From assembly GCA_028826165.1 (NCBI GenBank), contig JAPDFW010000054.1:248001-312000 (forward strand): 64,000 nt of DNA. The letters are read 5' to 3'. Shown here piece after piece: positions 61,633 to 64,000 of the stretch. Each line of letters begins with the position of its first letter. Positions within the stretch are counted from its first letter, which is position 1. The position numbers were made by a program, and so were the translations under genes. Under the pieces are notes generated by a model. It worked only from the letters and a program-made list of their open reading frames with translations, made no database searches and was not told the DNA's origin. Source of the stretch: Anaeramoeba ignava BMAN. Lineage: Eukaryota > Protista > Anaeramoebae.

Positions 61633-64000
61633 TCAATTAGTTTCTGAAAAAAACAAATGAGGTGATTTCTTCATATAATCATGTAGACTAATAAAAGATA
61701 TATGAAAAGTAGAATCAATCTTTTTGTTTGTTTCAATTTTTGAAAGAAGAGGAAAACAATAAACTCTTTTAAGTTCAGGTGAAAAAATATTTTGATTTTC
61801 ATTTAAATTTTGATTTTGAATTTGAATTTGATTTTGATTTTGATTTTGATTTTCATTTAAATTTTGATTTTCATTTTGATTTTGATTTTCATTTTGATTT
61901 TCAATTAAATTTTGATTTTCATTTTGAATTTGATTTAAATTTTGATTTTCATTTTGATTTTGATTTTGATTTTGATTTTGATTTTGATTTTGATTTTCAT
62001 TTTCATTTTCAATTTGATTTTCATTTATTTGATAAGATAAATCCAAAATTTCCATATCAATTTTTTCATAACTAATTTGAATACATTTTTCTAATGATTT
62101 TGCAACAACAAAAAAATTAAAATTTTGAACATTTCCTTGATAATTTAAGAAAGATCTAGAAGTAAATAAATGGAGTGATTTTTCTGTAATTGTTTTTTGA
62201 TAAATATCTCTTAATAACATTTGAATATCATCATTATTTGATTGAATTGCAGTTTCCAACATGAAAAAAAGTTGAATTTTCCTTTCCAAATTTTGAGAAT
62301 GTAATTGAATTTTCCAATTTGGAGAAATTAAATCAAAATGAGTTAAATTTGGAAAATCTTGCAAATAAAGAGAAATAAGTTCTGCAAAATGTGTTAATTT
62401 CAATTTAAGTTTAATGCCTGGAATAAATTGTAAATTTTCGTTATTTTCATCGATTACTTTGATTGAAGATTTGCGTGTTAATGGTTGAATATTTGATTCT
62501 TCAAATTCTGTTAAGTCTAGATCAATGTGGAAATTAATTGTTTCTAAAATTGTTTTTAAATCTTGTTCATTTCTTTCTTGATCCGTTTGTTTTTTGGTTC
62601 TTTTTTCTTGTTTTTTCTTTTGAGTTTTTTCCATTTTCTTTTGTCTTCTTGCTTCTTTTTTTTCTTGTTTTTTTTGTTTTTTGAGTTCTTTTTTTTCTCG
62701 TGCTTGTTTTTGTTTTTCTGATTCTTGCTTTGTTTTGAAGAGGTTGAAAGAGCGTTTTTTAGTGAGTTGATTATTTTGATTTTGATTTTTATTTTGATTT
62801 TCATTTTCATTTTGATTTTCATTTTGATTTTGATTTTGATTTTGATTTTGATTTTGATTTTGATTTTATTTTCATTTTCATTTTGATTTTGATTTTGATT
62901 TTCATTATTTAAAGGATCTTCAGTCACAAATGTTTCGTTTTCAAAATCGAATTCTGATGATTCTTCTTCAATATTATCTGGTTGTACAATTTTTTGTAAA
63001 ATTTCATTTTGATTTTCATTTTCATTTTGATTTTCAATTTTGTTTTGATTTTGATTTTGATTTTGATTTTGATTTTCAATTTTGTTTTGATTTTCATTTT
63101 CATTTTGATTTTCATTTTGATTTTGATTTTGATTTTCATTTTGATTTTCATTTTGATTTTCAATTTGATTTTCATTTTGATTTTCATCTTGATTTTCATC
63201 TTGAAAAATTAATTGTTCTTGATATTGAAGAGATTTTGATGTAAATATTCTTGAAAGATCAGTATTTTCCAAATTTTTGGAATCAATTTCTGATTTATTT
63301 TTAGAATCAGAATGAAGAATATCAAGAATTAAAAGATAATCATTAAAAAGATATAATTTTTTCTTTTCCAATTTTTGATCAGAAAATTTTGTATCAATAA
63401 TATCGACAACATCCTCGTATAAAAGAAAGCGATTTGGATGATAAAGTTGAATAGGATTTACGATGAAAGATTGAAGAGTATAAGTATTATAAATATTTAA
63501 ACATTCTTCACTAATTTTGCGTGCTTCCATCAAACTATTTCTGCATTTTTCAATTTCTTCATCAACATGTGATTGAATAAGAGTTTCATTTAATATTTTC
63601 ATCAAATCATGGAAGTAATTGGAATACTTGCCAATTTGCTGAACAGGAAAAATAACAAGTTCAAAAAAGGAAATGGAAAATTTGTGATTTTTTGAATCAA
63701 TTTTTTTCAAAACTTCTTTTTCTTTTTCCTTTTCACTTTGTATTTGTGGTATTTCTATTGAATGTATTGCATTTGGAAATGCCAAAATGGATTTGAATAA
63801 AACAAGAAATTGTTTGCAGTATTTGATGTGAAGATCTGTGATGAGTCTCATGTTGATGAAGCAGCTGAGCAAGTCCTGGAAAAAATTATGTTTCAATAAG
63901 TCTCCACTGATGATATCAAATGTAGCTTTACTGAGATTGATAATTTGCTTGATTGTCCTTATAAACAAGTTCAGCTGCTGTTTGTATTTTCGGATTTCTG
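61633..64000 (-). CDS. RhoGEF (DH-PH) protein, 5' partial, with NQ inserts and probable frameshifts near 62870 and 62640
   Basis: DH motif FELVIFPVQQIGKYSNYFHDLMK followed by PH-like RFLLYED...LYLFNDYLLI. Confidence 0.7.

Noticed and set aside
1-64000. Inteins, transposases, tRNA/rRNA, telomeric repeats
   Set aside because: No Hint/LAGLIDADG, DDE or RT motifs, structured RNA signatures or telomere units were recognised by eye; a covariance/HMM search could still find small RNAs.

Overview
Very AT-rich, intron-rich eukaryotic DNA in the standard code, with about 16 protein genes, 37 introns that I delimited by hand, and many microsatellite/minisatellite expansions in introns, spacers and coding regions (NQ/NE/KE runs). 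The style and gene content suggest an anaerobic protist such as Anaeramoeba; this is inference, not verified. Genes in order: a large Cys-repeat multi-TM surface protein (5' partial), a 6-intron YgeY-type M20 hydrolase, a CEP70-like protein, a protein with tandem winged-helix-like domains, an MFS transporter, a divergent beta-tubulin, an NBEAL-type BEACH protein, RhoGAP, a VPS9 protein, Skp1, an intronless prokaryote-like MtnA, RPA12, histidine ammonia-lyase, a ~13.5 kb RNF213/mysterin-like gene with dead ATPase motifs, TatD and a RhoGEF (5' partial). Highlights: a 6-nt micro-exon encoding the active-site Gln-Glu of HAL; an apparently organelle-targeted HAL; a pseudo-ATPase RNF213 homologue with repeated LIR-like acidic motifs; a spliced eukaryotic YgeY; loss of the O2-sensing proline in Skp1; and neighbouring introns that share private repeat motifs. 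Several homopolymer frameshifts are probably assembly errors. No rRNA, tRNA, CRISPR array, intein or transposase was seen.
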